DNA from: Candidatus Gottesmanbacteria bacterium
GTDB lineage: Bacteria > Patescibacteriota > Microgenomatia > UBA10105 > UBA927
DNA: 64,000 nt
Assembly: GCA_023245355.1 (NCBI GenBank)
Contig: JAHFKN010000001.1
Coordinates: 203,528 to 267,527, forward strand
Reading direction: 5' to 3'
Shown: positions 47,135 through 57,002 of the stretch, one piece after another
How positions within the stretch are numbered: the first letter of the stretch is position 1
Layout of the letters: every line of letters begins with the position of its first letter
Notes under the pieces: generated by a model
What the model saw: the letters and a program-made list of their open reading frames with translations, nothing else
Told to the model about the DNA's origin: nothing
Databases searched by the model: none
Program-made: the position numbers and the translations under genes

Positions 47135-47251
47135 CTTCAATTCCGTCGCGTACTGTTTTAAACGCTTACTATTCTCACCCTCCTCTTGATCTTCCAAATC
47201 ACTCCTGTATAATCCGTATAAATTATCTGCCCGCATGAAGGAGGAACGTCT

Positions 47252-47473
47252 ATGAAAGGTATACGCATCAAACAGCAGCCGGGCATGGTCCGGGCAGCCG
47301 GCCGCAAACGCCACAACCGCGCGCTCCGTGAAGAACAGCTGGCAGGAGAAGCCATGCGGCTTGGTATCACGGTCCGTGAACACAAACAGAACCAATACGA
47401 AGAAGTACAGGAGATCAGGAAGCACCCGCCGCTTACTCCTGATTGGGTAAACCCCTGGGCAACGCGGAGATAA
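47252..47473 (+). CDS. Small basic protein
   Basis: Promoter-like TTGATC, 16 nt, TGTATAAT at ~47189-47218. GAAGGAGG ribosome-binding site. Confidence 0.4.
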   Translation: MKGIRIKQQPGMVRAAGRKRHNRALREEQLAGEAMRLGITVREHKQNQYEEVQEIRKHPPLTPDWVNPWATRR

Positions 47474-47475
47474 TA

Positions 47476-47772
47476 TTACAATCTCTGCTGCGGCCGCACA
47501 TACACCACTTCGTGTCCCATGAACACGTGGTCCATACCAGTGTTTTCCGCTATACGGAATTTTATCCTGTCGCGTATGGAGCGGACTTCGCCTTCAAAAA
47601 ATACCCGCTCACACTTGGAACAGTACAGCCTGGTAAGTGCCGGACCTTCTTTTTTCGGCGCGTATAGCACGGTTTGAAACACTTCATGGTAAAGTTTTTC
47701 TTCCGGCTGCCAGCGTAATGGTCTGTGTGCGCGCATTTCCACGCATTGTACGCCGCAGCCGCATGTTGTCAA
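47476..47772 (-). CDS. Hypothetical Cys-containing small protein
   Basis: ORF only, with CGCG...CSKC pairs. Low confidence. Confidence 0.25.
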   Translation of the reverse strand: MTTCGCGVQCVEMRAHRPLRWQPEEKLYHEVFQTVLYAPKKEGPALTRLYCSKCERVFFEGEVRSIRDRIKFRIAENTGMDHVFMGHEVVYVRPQQRL

Positions 47773-47783
47773 TCATGCAAGTG

Positions 47784-48449
47784 TTATAACGTGGGAGTTG
47801 CAGAGGGGGTGGAAGTCGGTCCTTTGGGCGTATGGGTGGGAGGCAGCGGGCATTCCCCGCTCCATAGCCCTCTCTTTTCCGCCACGGCCAGGCGCTGTGC
47901 TTCTACAAAAAGGGCCTGATACTTCACATCCGGCGGATACGTACTCACCTGGGCATATCCTTCACGCACCAGTGCTTCGTTTATCATCGTGTCACCGATC
48001 CAGACAAACCGCAGCAGCCGGCCGTATTTATCGCGCGCTGATACGTCTTTTTCCAGTTCTACCCGTTTGCCTTGTACAAGTTCTTTGTTTTTTGCCGAGG
48101 CTTCCTTGCCGTAACATTCGACGGGTCGGTTCGGTGCCACCGTTTCGGGGGTATTGACGCCGATATAGCGCACGATCTCTCCTCCCTCTATTTTGATCGT
48201 GTCGCCGTCTACGACACTTACGACCGTCGCAAATACCCCTCCGTGAGTGGCTGCCGGTGTCGCAGACGGACTAGCCACAGCAACCCCGGGCGTCGGCGTA
48301 TTCTGCTGAGTTGTACCGGGTTGCAGCGGATAGTACTGCGAAAACAGGGTGTATGCGGCTCCCGCCAACAGAAGAATAATCGCGCTAATCTGTACGGCCC
48401 GTTTTTTCCCGGTAAACGGGCTAAATAGTGTAACGAGGGTATTTTTCAT
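47784..48449 (-). CDS. Secreted thermonuclease (SNase-like)
   Basis: N-terminal TM/signal segment, then VVSVVDGDTIKI...RYIGVNTPE...YGRLLRFVWI, matching micrococcal nuclease motifs. Confidence 0.7.
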   Translation of the reverse strand: MKNTLVTLFSPFTGKKRAVQISAIILLLAGAAYTLFSQYYPLQPGTTQQNTPTPGVAVASPSATPAATHGGVFATVVSVVDGDTIKIEGGEIVRYIGVNTPETVAPNRPVECYGKEASAKNKELVQGKRVELEKDVSARDKYGRLLRFVWIGDTMINEALVREGYAQVSTYPPDVKYQALFVEAQRLAVAEKRGLWSGECPLPPTHTPKGPTSTPSATPTL

Positions 48450-48510
48450 AACGCTACTTTACGCATTATATGACGATTAGGGAAGCAACTTCAAAAAAGG
48501 GGCGTGCAGC

Positions 48511-48587
48511 TGGTGGACCCGAGAGGACTTGAACCTCTGACCTTTTCAATGTCAATGAAACGCTCTAGCCAGCTGAGCTACGGGTCC
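48511..48587 (-). tRNA. tRNA-Val (anticodon GAC)
   Basis: Reverse complement GGACCCGTAGCTCAGCTGGCTAGAGCGTTTCATTGACATTGAAAAGGTCAGAGGTTCAAGTCCTCTCGGGTCCACCA gives a canonical cloverleaf with anticodon loop TTGACAT. Confidence 0.8.
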
Positions 48588-48663
48588 CTGGAAAACTTAG
48601 TTATTATACCTTCTTTTCCCCCGCTTGACCACCTACATACAGTACACTACACTAAAAATACGT

Positions 48664-49227
48664 ATGTTTAAATTGTTGGGAAAAGCCCTGGCGGCTCTCT
48701 TTGATTTTCTGCAGGGAATCGTCGCTATTGCAGCGGTTATGGTCATGGTATATCTGTTCATTATGTCTCCGCAGGAAGTCAGCGGACATTCCATGGAACC
48801 CAATTTCCAGAACGGCGACTATATCCTGACCAACAAAATTGTCTACAAGATGAAAGACCCGCAGCGCGGAGATATCGTCATCTTCAAATCCCCCTCTAAC
48901 AAAGATGTCGACTATATCAAACGCGTCATCGGGCTGCCGGGAGAAACGGTGATGCTGAGCAAACAGAAATTTTACATCAACGGCAAGCTGCTCGAAGAAC
49001 GGTATGACTACAACAAGCCGGTCTACGGAGAATCGTTCATGCAGGAAGATGAAGTTATAGAAGTCCCCCCGGATCATTATTTCGTCGTCGGTGACAACCG
49101 TCCGGGAAGTTCCGACTCGCGGGAGTTCGGAACCGTGTCCAAATACGACTTTATCGGACAGGCATTTCTGCGATATTGGCCGACCAAATCGTTCGGCGTT
49201 CTCCCTCACCCCACGTACGATTTCTAA
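48664..49227 (+). CDS. lepB: Signal peptidase I
   Basis: Catalytic Ser box GHSMEPNF, Lys box DYIKRVIGLPGE, and VVGDNRPGSSDSREFG. Confidence 0.8.
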   Translation: MFKLLGKALAALFDFLQGIVAIAAVMVMVYLFIMSPQEVSGHSMEPNFQNGDYILTNKIVYKMKDPQRGDIVIFKSPSNKDVDYIKRVIGLPGETVMLSKQKFYINGKLLEERYDYNKPVYGESFMQEDEVIEVPPDHYFVVGDNRPGSSDSREFGTVSKYDFIGQAFLRYWPTKSFGVLPHPTYDF

Positions 49228-49307
49228 ACCGCATCACTGCATTTTTGCTGTTTATCCCGTGATACACCGTATAACGTAAATGTAACCGGGAGGTTCTACG
49301 GAGAAAG

Positions 49308-50123
49308 TTATTTCTTTCCTGCGAGCTGTTCGTGCACGTGTTTGAGGGCCTGGCTGGTCGTTTCCAGATTTCCCCGGATGACAAATACCAGACGTGCTTC
49401 TACTTTGGACTGCGTGATTTTTACCAGACCGTTGACGGACTGTGCCAGGTCTTTGGCAATCGCATCCAACTCATCGGAGTGGATCCGTTCTATCTTGTGA
49501 GCCGGCTGCTGGTCGGAATTTGCTTTCAAACGGCGTGCCAGATCTTCTGCCCTGCGCACCGATGCGCTTTCTGACAATATCGTTTTGTACGCATCGACCA
49601 TCAGTTTCACGTCGTTAAGGCCCGCAATGGCCCGTGCATGCCCTTCACTGATCGCGCCGGATACCAATCCGTCTTTGATAGCGTCAGGGAGAGCAAGCAA
49701 GCGCATGGTGTTGGACACATAGGATTCGCTTTTTCCTATCCGTTTGGCAATCATGGTGACTGCCAGACCGAATTCTTCAATCAGACGCTGGAATGCGAGT
49801 GCGCGGTCGATAGGGTTTAGGTCTACGCGTTGTACGTTTTCGACAAGCGCCATTTCCAACATTCCTTTGGCGGACGTTTCTTTGATGATGACGGGAACCG
49901 TCGTAAGTCCTGCAACTTTGGATGCTCTCCAGCGCCGTTCTCCGGCGATAATCTGATATCCTGCGGGCGTTTTGGCGATGACGAGTGGCTCGATAATGCC
50001 GTGTTCTTTGATGGAATCGACCAGGTCAGCCAGTTGCTCGGGATTGATCATACCCCGCGGTTGCAGCGGGTTGGGTTGCAGAAGATCCAAATCTAAATGC
50101 AGAATCTGTTGGGTATCAGCCAT
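49308..50123 (-). CDS. parB: ParB/Spo0J chromosome-partitioning protein
   Basis: LQPNPLQPR...IIEPLVIAK...YQIIAGERRWRA are ParB boxes I and II. Confidence 0.8.
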   Translation of the reverse strand: MADTQQILHLDLDLLQPNPLQPRGMINPEQLADLVDSIKEHGIIEPLVIAKTPAGYQIIAGERRWRASKVAGLTTVPVIIKETSAKGMLEMALVENVQRVDLNPIDRALAFQRLIEEFGLAVTMIAKRIGKSESYVSNTMRLLALPDAIKDGLVSGAISEGHARAIAGLNDVKLMVDAYKTILSESASVRRAEDLARRLKANSDQQPAHKIERIHSDELDAIAKDLAQSVNGLVKITQSKVEARLVFVIRGNLETTSQALKHVHEQLAGKK

Positions 50124-50384
50124 TTATTTTTCGTTCGAGGGCAAGACCGAGACGTACCGTTTACCGCGTTTCGTGATAAAAGCTACTACTCCGGCTGCTG
50201 TTGCGAATATAGTGAAATCCTTGCCCATATCCACACCGGTTCCCGGATAAAACTTCGATCCTTTTTGCCGTACGATGACATTGCCGGCAATGGCGCGTTG
50301 TCCGCCGTAGATTTTCACTCCCAACCGTTTCGATACGGAATCTTTATTTCCTTTTGCTGTACCGCCTGCTTTTACGTGTGCCAT
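50124..50384 (-). CDS. rpmA: 50S ribosomal protein L27
   Basis: [28 protein letters not shown] is the L27 N-terminal signature. Confidence 0.85.
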   Translation of the reverse strand: MAHVKAGGTAKGNKDSVSKRLGVKIYGGQRAIAGNVIVRQKGSKFYPGTGVDMGKDFTIFATAAGVVAFITKRGKRYVSVLPSNEK

Positions 50385-50386
50385 AA

Positions 50387-51541
50387 TTAGTTCTTTTGAA
50401 AAATATAAAATTCTCTTCGTACGACCGCTTGCGGGCGACCATACTCTATAGGTCCAGTGAGGAGAGTATATCCGAGGCTTTCACATCTGTCAACAACTTT
50501 TTTCACGCGGAGTACTCTGCCGTTTGCCATATACGATGGCATTGCCATGACAATCCGCGCGCCGGGTTTGAGCAAATGTGCCCATTCACGGAGCGATCCG
50601 ATATACAACTTTTCCAGTCCTTTGAGAATATTTTTTACCCGTTCGGGCGTTAAACCGGCGGCATCTTTGCTGTCTACCGGCTCCCCCATGAACGGCTCGG
50701 TCGCAATAGCGTCGATACTTCCGGGAGTCAGATGGGTACCAAGATGCGTCGCGTCAGAAACGAAGACGTTAGCATACAGCGGAGTTGCAGACGGATATGT
50801 ATGACGCAGCCATTCCAGATTTTTTTTGGCATGCGCGACCGCAGTTTCGGAAATATCGCTCCCGACGGTATTTGCCCCGCGCAGAAGCGCTTCCGCAAGA
50901 ATTGTTCCGACACCGCAATACGGATCCAGCAGCATGGGATGGTGATCCGGGGCCAGAGAGCCGCCGGAAAGAGCCACGTTTACAATCATGCGGGCTACTT
51001 TCGGGGGCAGCATACCCGCTTTGGGGTCCGGCTCCGGGCGTCCGAAATCCCGCGTGTTCCAATCTTCGAAATCCTGCACCGCACGGGTAACACCTACCAG
51101 ATATCCCGTTTCCGTACCGATTACGATCAACTCCGTAATCTGCTGTTTGGACACGACGACGCTGGAAAGCGTCTCATGCTGCTTCGTTTCTACATAGCGG
51201 GCCGAAATTCCGCGTGCGGCAAGCTGTTTTTTGAACACTGCCAATACGGATGTGCCCATATGCGCTTTTCCGTACGTGCTGATACCAAACGTCAGATGCC
51301 CGTTTTCTGCATGATGTTCCAGTTCGGTAAGAAGCGCGTCCGTATCCAGTTCCGGCATGGTACCGGTAATTTCCACGATTTTTACCGTGCCGCCCAGCAG
51401 ATGAATCATTTCGCTAGCGTCCACGGCCTTTGTGACCATAGCAACGCTATCCAGGATTCTCGTGGCCTCAGGATAAAAAGATTGGAGTTCTAGGAAAGAG
51501 AGGTGTGGAGTTCGTCCGAATATAAAAACGGTTTGTTTCAT
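50387..51541 (-). CDS. Putative THUMP-associated RNA methyltransferase (UPF0020-like)
   Basis: [14 protein letters not shown] (motif I) and ATEPFMG (degenerate NPPY-like motif IV). Confidence 0.45.
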   Translation of the reverse strand: MKQTVFIFGRTPHLSFLELQSFYPEATRILDSVAMVTKAVDASEMIHLLGGTVKIVEITGTMPELDTDALLTELEHHAENGHLTFGISTYGKAHMGTSVLAVFKKQLAARGISARYVETKQHETLSSVVVSKQQITELIVIGTETGYLVGVTRAVQDFEDWNTRDFGRPEPDPKAGMLPPKVARMIVNVALSGGSLAPDHHPMLLDPYCGVGTILAEALLRGANTVGSDISETAVAHAKKNLEWLRHTYPSATPLYANVFVSDATHLGTHLTPGSIDAIATEPFMGEPVDSKDAAGLTPERVKNILKGLEKLYIGSLREWAHLLKPGARIVMAMPSYMANGRVLRVKKVVDRCESLGYTLLTGPIEYGRPQAVVRREFYIFQKN

Positions 51542-51544
51542 GCC

Positions 51545-51853
51545 TCAGGCAACCGTCAGGATCTCCAGGCGGGTAAGTTGTGCTCTGAATCCTTTTGCCC
51601 GTCGGTAGTTTACCTTGGATTTAAAGCGGTGAATATCGATCTTATCGCCTTTTTCCTGCGCGAGGATCTTGGCGGTCACTTTGTGGCCCTTCACGACCGG
51701 CTTACCTACTTCCGGCTTTTTTTCACCGGAAACGAGCAGGATATCTGCTAATTCGACCGTATCCCCAACGGCGCCGTCCATCTTATCGACGACGATGACG
51801 TCTTTGGCGGATACTTTGAACTGTTTGTTACCGACTCGTACTACAGCGAACAT
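51545..51853 (-). CDS. rplU: 50S ribosomal protein L21
   Basis: MFAVVRVGNKQFKVSAKDVIVVDKM matches the L21 N-terminus MYAVIxTGGKQYRV. Confidence 0.85.
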   Translation of the reverse strand: MFAVVRVGNKQFKVSAKDVIVVDKMDGAVGDTVELADILLVSGEKKPEVGKPVVKGHKVTAKILAQEKGDKIDIHRFKSKVNYRRAKGFRAQLTRLEILTVA

Positions 51854-51877
51854 AGGCTCATATTATATCGCTACTGA

Positions 51878-52984
51878 CTACCCAATTGCAATGCTTCCTT
51901 CGTCCCGGGCGTTTCTCCGTAATGCCAGAAGCAGCCCGAACGCCACACACAACGACAATATGGAGCTCCCGCCGTAGGAGACAAACGGCAGCGTAATCCC
52001 GGTCACCGGGATAATCCCCATATTCATACCGGCGTTTATGACCACCTGTGTGATAAGCACGCCGAACAGCCCGATCGTATAAAAAAACACAAACGGACTC
52101 CCGATCGACCCGCGTAAATACGGGCGCAACAGTTGCCATAGGAGCACACCGTACAACAGAAGCAGCAGCAGTCCGCCGAAAAATCCAAGCTCCTCAACCA
52201 GGGTCGCAAATATGAAGTCCGTGTGATATTCCGGCAGAAACCGCAGATGACTTTGCGTCCCCATACCCAATCCCCGTCCGAACAGTTGCCCGCTTCCGAC
52301 GGCTATCATAGCCTGCAGCGCATTATAGCCGGCTCCCTGCGGATCTATGGCAGGATTCAGAAAGGTAAATATACGCGACTTCTGATAATCCGCCAGCGCA
52401 TGCCAAAATACCGGGAATCCCAATGTGCCGATGACTCCTCCGAGCGCAAAAAGGATAAGTGGGAACCCTCCTGCAACCATCATAGCAAGCCATGACGCCG
52501 CATAGACGATAGAGGTACCCAAATCCGGCTGACGAAATACCAGAAGGAACGGCACGGCAAACAATCCGACATGAACCGCCAGCCAACGGAAAGAACGCGG
52601 CGTGTAGGTCGCTGCTGCACGGGCAAACGCTAAGATCAGTAATGGTTTAACAATCTCCGACGGTTGCAGCTGCGCTCCTAAAATGAATATCCACCGGGAC
52701 GAGCCTCTGATAGGTTCACCGAAATAGGAAGCGATCAAAAGCAGGATAGACAACACATATCCGTACGGCGCAAACCACCACAATATGATTGCATCCAGTC
52801 CGGAAAAAAACCAAATGATTGCGCTTCCGATAAGCAGGAAGAGAAGCTGCTGCCAAAACAGAGAAGCATTCGTCGTAAGCAGCACAAACAGTCCTACCAA
52901 TCCCAACAGCAGAAGGGGCAAAAAAATCACCCAGTCTGTTTGGTGCTCTTTCCCGCGGTAACTATGTCCGTAAGGGTACCCCAT
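51878..52984 (-). CDS. SEDS-family peptidoglycan polymerase (RodA or FtsW)
   Basis: Polytopic, with ...GQLFGRGLGMGTQSHLRFLPEYHTDFIFA... conserved SEDS loops. Confidence 0.75.
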   Translation of the reverse strand: MGYPYGHSYRGKEHQTDWVIFLPLLLLGLVGLFVLLTTNASLFWQQLLFLLIGSAIIWFFSGLDAIILWWFAPYGYVLSILLLIASYFGEPIRGSSRWIFILGAQLQPSEIVKPLLILAFARAAATYTPRSFRWLAVHVGLFAVPFLLVFRQPDLGTSIVYAASWLAMMVAGGFPLILFALGGVIGTLGFPVFWHALADYQKSRIFTFLNPAIDPQGAGYNALQAMIAVGSGQLFGRGLGMGTQSHLRFLPEYHTDFIFATLVEELGFFGGLLLLLLYGVLLWQLLRPYLRGSIGSPFVFFYTIGLFGVLITQVVINAGMNMGIIPVTGITLPFVSYGGSSILSLCVAFGLLLALRRNARDEGSIAIG

Positions 52985-55794
52985 GTGATCGAATCCGCAA
53001 GCGTTTCCCGCTGTATGTCGGGAAGCAGTGCTTCCAGACTTGTTTTATACGTTTCGGGCAACACGAGAGTCACCCGCTCATCTATTCTACAGCCTTTTTC
53101 TTTCCGAAGCATTTGGATTTCGCGGATAAGCTTGCGCGCATCGCCTTTCGCTTTCAGTTCCGGCGTAATATCCGTATCAAATTCGATATACATTTCTTTA
53201 TCGGTTTTGGTAATCGTTTCCTCTACGACGTTCAACTCGTTGCCTAATACACGCAGCCAATCAGAAGACATTTCAGGATGCTCGGATACGTATACCGTCA
53301 CTTTTTGCAGCGGCTGGCGGACCGGAATACCCAGTTCCTTGCGTTTGGCGTGTCCGGCCTCGACTACTTTCCGGACAAATGCCATGCGCGCTTCCAGCTC
53401 GTCATCGACGAGGCTTTCATCTGCCTTCGGCCAATCAGCCAAATGTACGGATTCCTCGCCTGTCAGGTTTCTGTATATCTCCTCAGTGATAAACGGGATA
53501 AGCGGGGCAAGTGCTTTGGTATATTCGGTTAATACCGTCCACAATGTCTGATATGCTTCGTTTTTGTCGTCGCCCGCCGATGCACTGGGACCTACGCGGT
53601 CGCGGATACGGCGCACATACCACTGCGACAGATCGCGCATGAAATTCCACGCCTCACCCACGATCTCCGGCGTATCGTATGCTTCATACCCGTTGACTGT
53701 CATATTTCCTATACTGCGGTGCATTTTCGACAGGATCCATTTATCCATGAGGTGATTCGGTTTTGTGACAACTGTTGCCGGCTGCCACTCATCGATACTC
53801 GCATACGTCACGAAAAAGTTATAGACGTTCCAAAGCAGGAGCAGCGTGCCCCGTACCTGATTACGGTAATCAATCTCCGATATGCGGATATCTTCTCCGT
53901 GCATGACGGGAGTTCCCAGCAAATACAGACGCAATGCGTCTCCGCCGTATTTTTTCAGCATTTCTTTGGGATCCGGATAGTTTCCGTAATTTTTACTCAT
54001 CTTGCGTCCGTCCGTTCCCAAAATTACTCCCGTGACCACGACGTTTTTAAACGCCGGACGGTCATAGAGAGCGGTAGAGATGACATGCAGCACATAAAAC
54101 CACGCGCGGATCTGCCCCGTGTACTCCACAATGAAATCCGGCGGGAAAAACTCGTCGAGTTTCATGGTTGTATCAAACGGAAAATGACGCTCGGCAAACG
54201 ACGCGCTTCCCGCTTCTATCCAGCTGTCCAGCACTTCCGGTACGCGGACTGATGTCTTGCCGCATTCACGGCATGGCACTGTCACATCATCGATTTCCGG
54301 TTTATGCAGGTCGGTAATTTTTTTACCCGATGCTTGTTCCAGTTCCGCTATCGAACCCGCGACAAACCTGTGTCCGTCGGGACATTCCCATACCGGAACC
54401 GGACTTCCCCAATACCGGCTGCGCGAAATACACCAATCCGGTGCGTTTTCCAGACTCTTTAGGTATCTGCCGAGTTTGAAATGGTCCGGATACCAATGCA
54501 CTGACTCGTTGGTCGCTTTCATGCGTTCTTTGAGTCCCTGCACGTTCACATACCATGCATTTTGCGGCGCGTAGTACAGACGGGTATGGCAACGCCAGCA
54601 GGTAGGTACGGCATGCGTATACTGGTCCACGCGGTACACGAGTCCCCGCTTTTCCAGATCTTCCAGTACCATAGGATTTGCATCCAGATAAAACGTACCG
54701 GCATAGCCCGTCACTTCCGGCTTCATCACGCCCTCTTCGTCCACATGTAACACTAGCTGCACGTTTTCTTTCTGCATCACCGCCAAATCTTCTTCTCCGT
54801 AGGCTGCTATCGTGACGATTCCCGTTCCCTCATCGGCTGTGACAAACTCGCCGGGGATCACGACATGCGCATTTTTCCCCTGTTCTACGTTGTAATACGT
54901 GAAGTGCGGCACAAACGTCTTGCCGACCAGTGCACTCCCCGGAAATTCCTCCAGAATCGTGTATGGATCTGCCGTAAGCATGGCCAGCGTCGTTTTGGCG
55001 AGAATATATTTCTTGCCGTTTTGTTCTACTTTGACGTAGGTGAGCGTAGGGTGCACGGCGAGCGCCGGAGTCGCAAGCTTGTTCCACGGCGTCGTCGACC
55101 ATGCCAAAAGATAGGTATCATTTTCATCGGTAAGCTGATATTTGTATACGGCTGTCGCTTCCGTCACTTCCTTGTAATTGTCCGGATCCATCGCGACTTC
55201 GAAATTGGATATCGGCGTGACGCAGTGCGGGCAATACAGTGACACGCGCATACCTTTGTAAATCAGCTGTTTTTCGTACATTTGCTTAAACACCCACATC
55301 ACCGATTCCATATACGGCGTGTCCATCGTTTTGTATGCATGCTGGAAATCCACCCAGCGGGCAATATGGTCCACATACCATTCCCATTCCCCGGAAACGT
55401 TCTGCACATAGGCTTTGCACTCATCGATAAAGCGCTTGATGCCGACTTTTTCCTCGATGTCTTTTTTGCGCTTAATACCGAGCTTCGTTTCTACTTTGTT
55501 TTCTGCCGGCAATCCGTGACAATCCCAACCCCATACCCGGCGCACGCGGTACCCTTTCATCGTCCAGTACCGGGGGAATAAATCTTTGGGAATGCTGGAC
55601 AACAAGCTACCGTAATGCGGCAGACCTGTGATAAACGGCGGGCCGTCCAAAAACGTCCAGGTCTTGTTTTCCGGACGCATGGAGACGGATTTTTCAAAAA
55701 TCTTTTGTGTTTTCCAGTACGCGAGAATCTCCTCCTCCAGTTCGGGGAAGTTGATATTCGGTTTCACCGCGCTGAATGTATGTGTTTTTGCCAT
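52927..55794 (-). CDS. ileS: Isoleucine--tRNA ligase
   Basis: PPFITGLPHYG (HIGH region), DWCISRSRYWGSPVPVWEC, and KMSKN. Start set at Met 55794 because the track start contains the leader terminator. Confidence 0.7.
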   Translation of the reverse strand: MAKTHTFSAVKPNINFPELEEEILAYWKTQKIFEKSVSMRPENKTWTFLDGPPFITGLPHYGSLLSSIPKDLFPRYWTMKGYRVRRVWGWDCHGLPAENKVETKLGIKRKKDIEEKVGIKRFIDECKAYVQNVSGEWEWYVDHIARWVDFQHAYKTMDTPYMESVMWVFKQMYEKQLIYKGMRVSLYCPHCVTPISNFEVAMDPDNYKEVTEATAVYKYQLTDENDTYLLAWSTTPWNKLATPALAVHPTLTYVKVEQNGKKYILAKTTLAMLTADPYTILEEFPGSALVGKTFVPHFTYYNVEQGKNAHVVIPGEFVTADEGTGIVTIAAYGEEDLAVMQKENVQLVLHVDEEGVMKPEVTGYAGTFYLDANPMVLEDLEKRGLVYRVDQYTHAVPTCWRCHTRLYYAPQNAWYVNVQGLKERMKATNESVHWYPDHFKLGRYLKSLENAPDWCISRSRYWGSPVPVWECPDGHRFVAGSIAELEQASGKKITDLHKPEIDDVTVPCRECGKTSVRVPEVLDSWIEAGSASFAERHFPFDTTMKLDEFFPPDFIVEYTGQIRAWFYVLHVISTALYDRPAFKNVVVTGVILGTDGRKMSKNYGNYPDPKEMLKKYGGDALRLYLLGTPVMHGEDIRISEIDYRNQVRGTLLLLWNVYNFFVTYASIDEWQPATVVTKPNHLMDKWILSKMHRSIGNMTVNGYEAYDTPEIVGEAWNFMRDLSQWYVRRIRDRVGPSASAGDDKNEAYQTLWTVLTEYTKALAPLIPFITEEIYRNLTGEESVHLADWPKADESLVDDELEARMAFVRKVVEAGHAKRKELGIPVRQPLQKVTVYVSEHPEMSSDWLRVLGNELNVVEETITKTDKEMYIEFDTDITPELKAKGDARKLIREIQMLRKEKGCRIDERVTLVLPETYKTSLEALLPDIQRETLADSITWGTLTDIVTAGKSTKQTG

Positions 55795-55995
55795 AAAAAA
55801 ACCGTTCTCCATTTCAGTATATACCGAAAGGACGAACGGATGTTCGTGGTACCACCTTCGTTGCTTCTTGATTACTGCTGTTACGGGCTTACCCGGGGAA
55901 TTCTACTCTCCTTGCTTAGGATTTCTTTTCCCAGCCTGTTCCGATTCTATCGGAACCTCCCCGCTGATAACGGGGTTTTACGACGCTTCTACAAA
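55795..55995 (-). promoter_or_regulatory. T-box riboswitch leader of ileS, short Stem I with an AUC specifier
   Basis: Minus-strand RNA has hairpin CCCCGUUAUCAGCGGGG (AUC then A in the loop), T-box-like AACGAAGGUGGUACCACGAAC, a terminator (+55801-55840) and UUUUUUU (+55794-55800). Confidence 0.5.
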
Positions 55996-55998
55996 CAG

Positions 55999-56012
55999 TA
56001 GTATACCACAAT
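55999..56012 (-). promoter_or_regulatory. Extended -10 promoter for the ileS leader
   Basis: Minus-strand TGTGGTATACT (TGnTATACT). Confidence 0.4.
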
Positions 56013-56088
56013 GCTCTGACACGGGGATATCTGAAGCACAAAGAATTTATTGACATAAATCATCTATTATCCCTATACTACGCGCCGT

Positions 56089-56415
56089 ATGGGATACCGA
56101 AGTGTTGCAAAATGGGAAATAGACATAACCGGCGTACAGAACGCCGGAGGCTGGAGAGAATTTTTCGGGGTGAACCATTTGTCAGAAGAATTCGGGATAA
56201 AATTCCGCGGCCGCGAAATCCGGTTTACCGTCCGTACGTCGGATCTTATGACATTAACCGAAATTGAGCATATTCTTCCGTCGCTTGCCCGGGCCAGATA
56301 CCGGTACCATCACCGGTACGGAACCGGAAACGAATACAACAGGGATACGGAAGATATCGATCTTTCGGAACGGTTGGAAAACTTCGGTGTCCGTTTGCCC
56401 GGCTGGCTGCGGTGA
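56089..56415 (+). CDS. Hypothetical protein
   Basis: ORF divergent from ileS. No motif recognised. Confidence 0.3.
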   Translation: MGYRSVAKWEIDITGVQNAGGWREFFGVNHLSEEFGIKFRGREIRFTVRTSDLMTLTEIEHILPSLARARYRYHHRYGTGNEYNRDTEDIDLSERLENFGVRLPGWLR

Positions 56416-56626
56416 CACGTACCTAATGGGTATGTATCCGTTTTCCTGTCCGCTTGATGTGTTTTTTCTCCACTTCCGGCTTTCTGATGATACGTTGAGG
56501 GCGCTCCCGTTCCGGTGCGCGTATTTCGATACGCGTATCAGTTTTCTGATGGTTTTTTTGAAATTCGACGCTCATCGATAAAATAATTTCATTTCCCCCA
56601 CCGGAGCAGTAGTAGCGGAGAAACAA

Positions 56627-56956
56627 TTATTGATTTAATGAATTCAGAAACCCGCTGACAATAGCTAGTACAATAGCTGCAAAGAGTGCCGTGCCGAAAC
56701 CGTCTACTTTAAATCCCGGCACGAGGCTGCTGGTCATAAGTATCAATAGAGCGTTTATAACAAGGGTAAATAATCCTAAGGTCAGAATATTTATCGGGAG
56801 CGTCAGAATGAGAAGTATAGGCTTGATCACGACGGACAGTATTCCCCATACAATGGCAATCACCAGAAGCGCCGGCCACCCGCTGATCGTAATACCGGGG
56901 ATCAGGTACGCGGTGACATAAAAAGCAGCCGCATTGATCAGTAACTGCATGAACAT
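56627..56956 (-). CDS. DUF360 / phage-holin-family-4-like membrane protein (YvlD/YqxA-like)
   Basis: Four-TM, 109 aa, with N-terminal LLINAAAFYVTAYLIPGITISGW. Confidence 0.5.
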   Translation of the reverse strand: MFMQLLINAAAFYVTAYLIPGITISGWPALLVIAIVWGILSVVIKPILLILTLPINILTLGLFTLVINALLILMTSSLVPGFKVDGFGTALFAAIVLAIVSGFLNSLNQ

Positions 56957-57002
56957 ACTAGTAGTATATACACGTCTCTACCAATAAATACAATCTACCC
57001 AA

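Noticed and set aside
50396-51493. Plus-strand ORFs (85-253 aa) opposite the THUMP-like methyltransferase gene
   Set aside because: They are antisense to a gene with recognisable methyltransferase motifs and have no ribosome-binding site. This is a high-GC artefact.
56423-56626. 67-aa basic ORF (minus strand) next to the DUF360-like gene
   Set aside because: It has no ribosome-binding site or motif and lies on the terminator-less intergenic stretch. It may be real but the evidence is insufficient.
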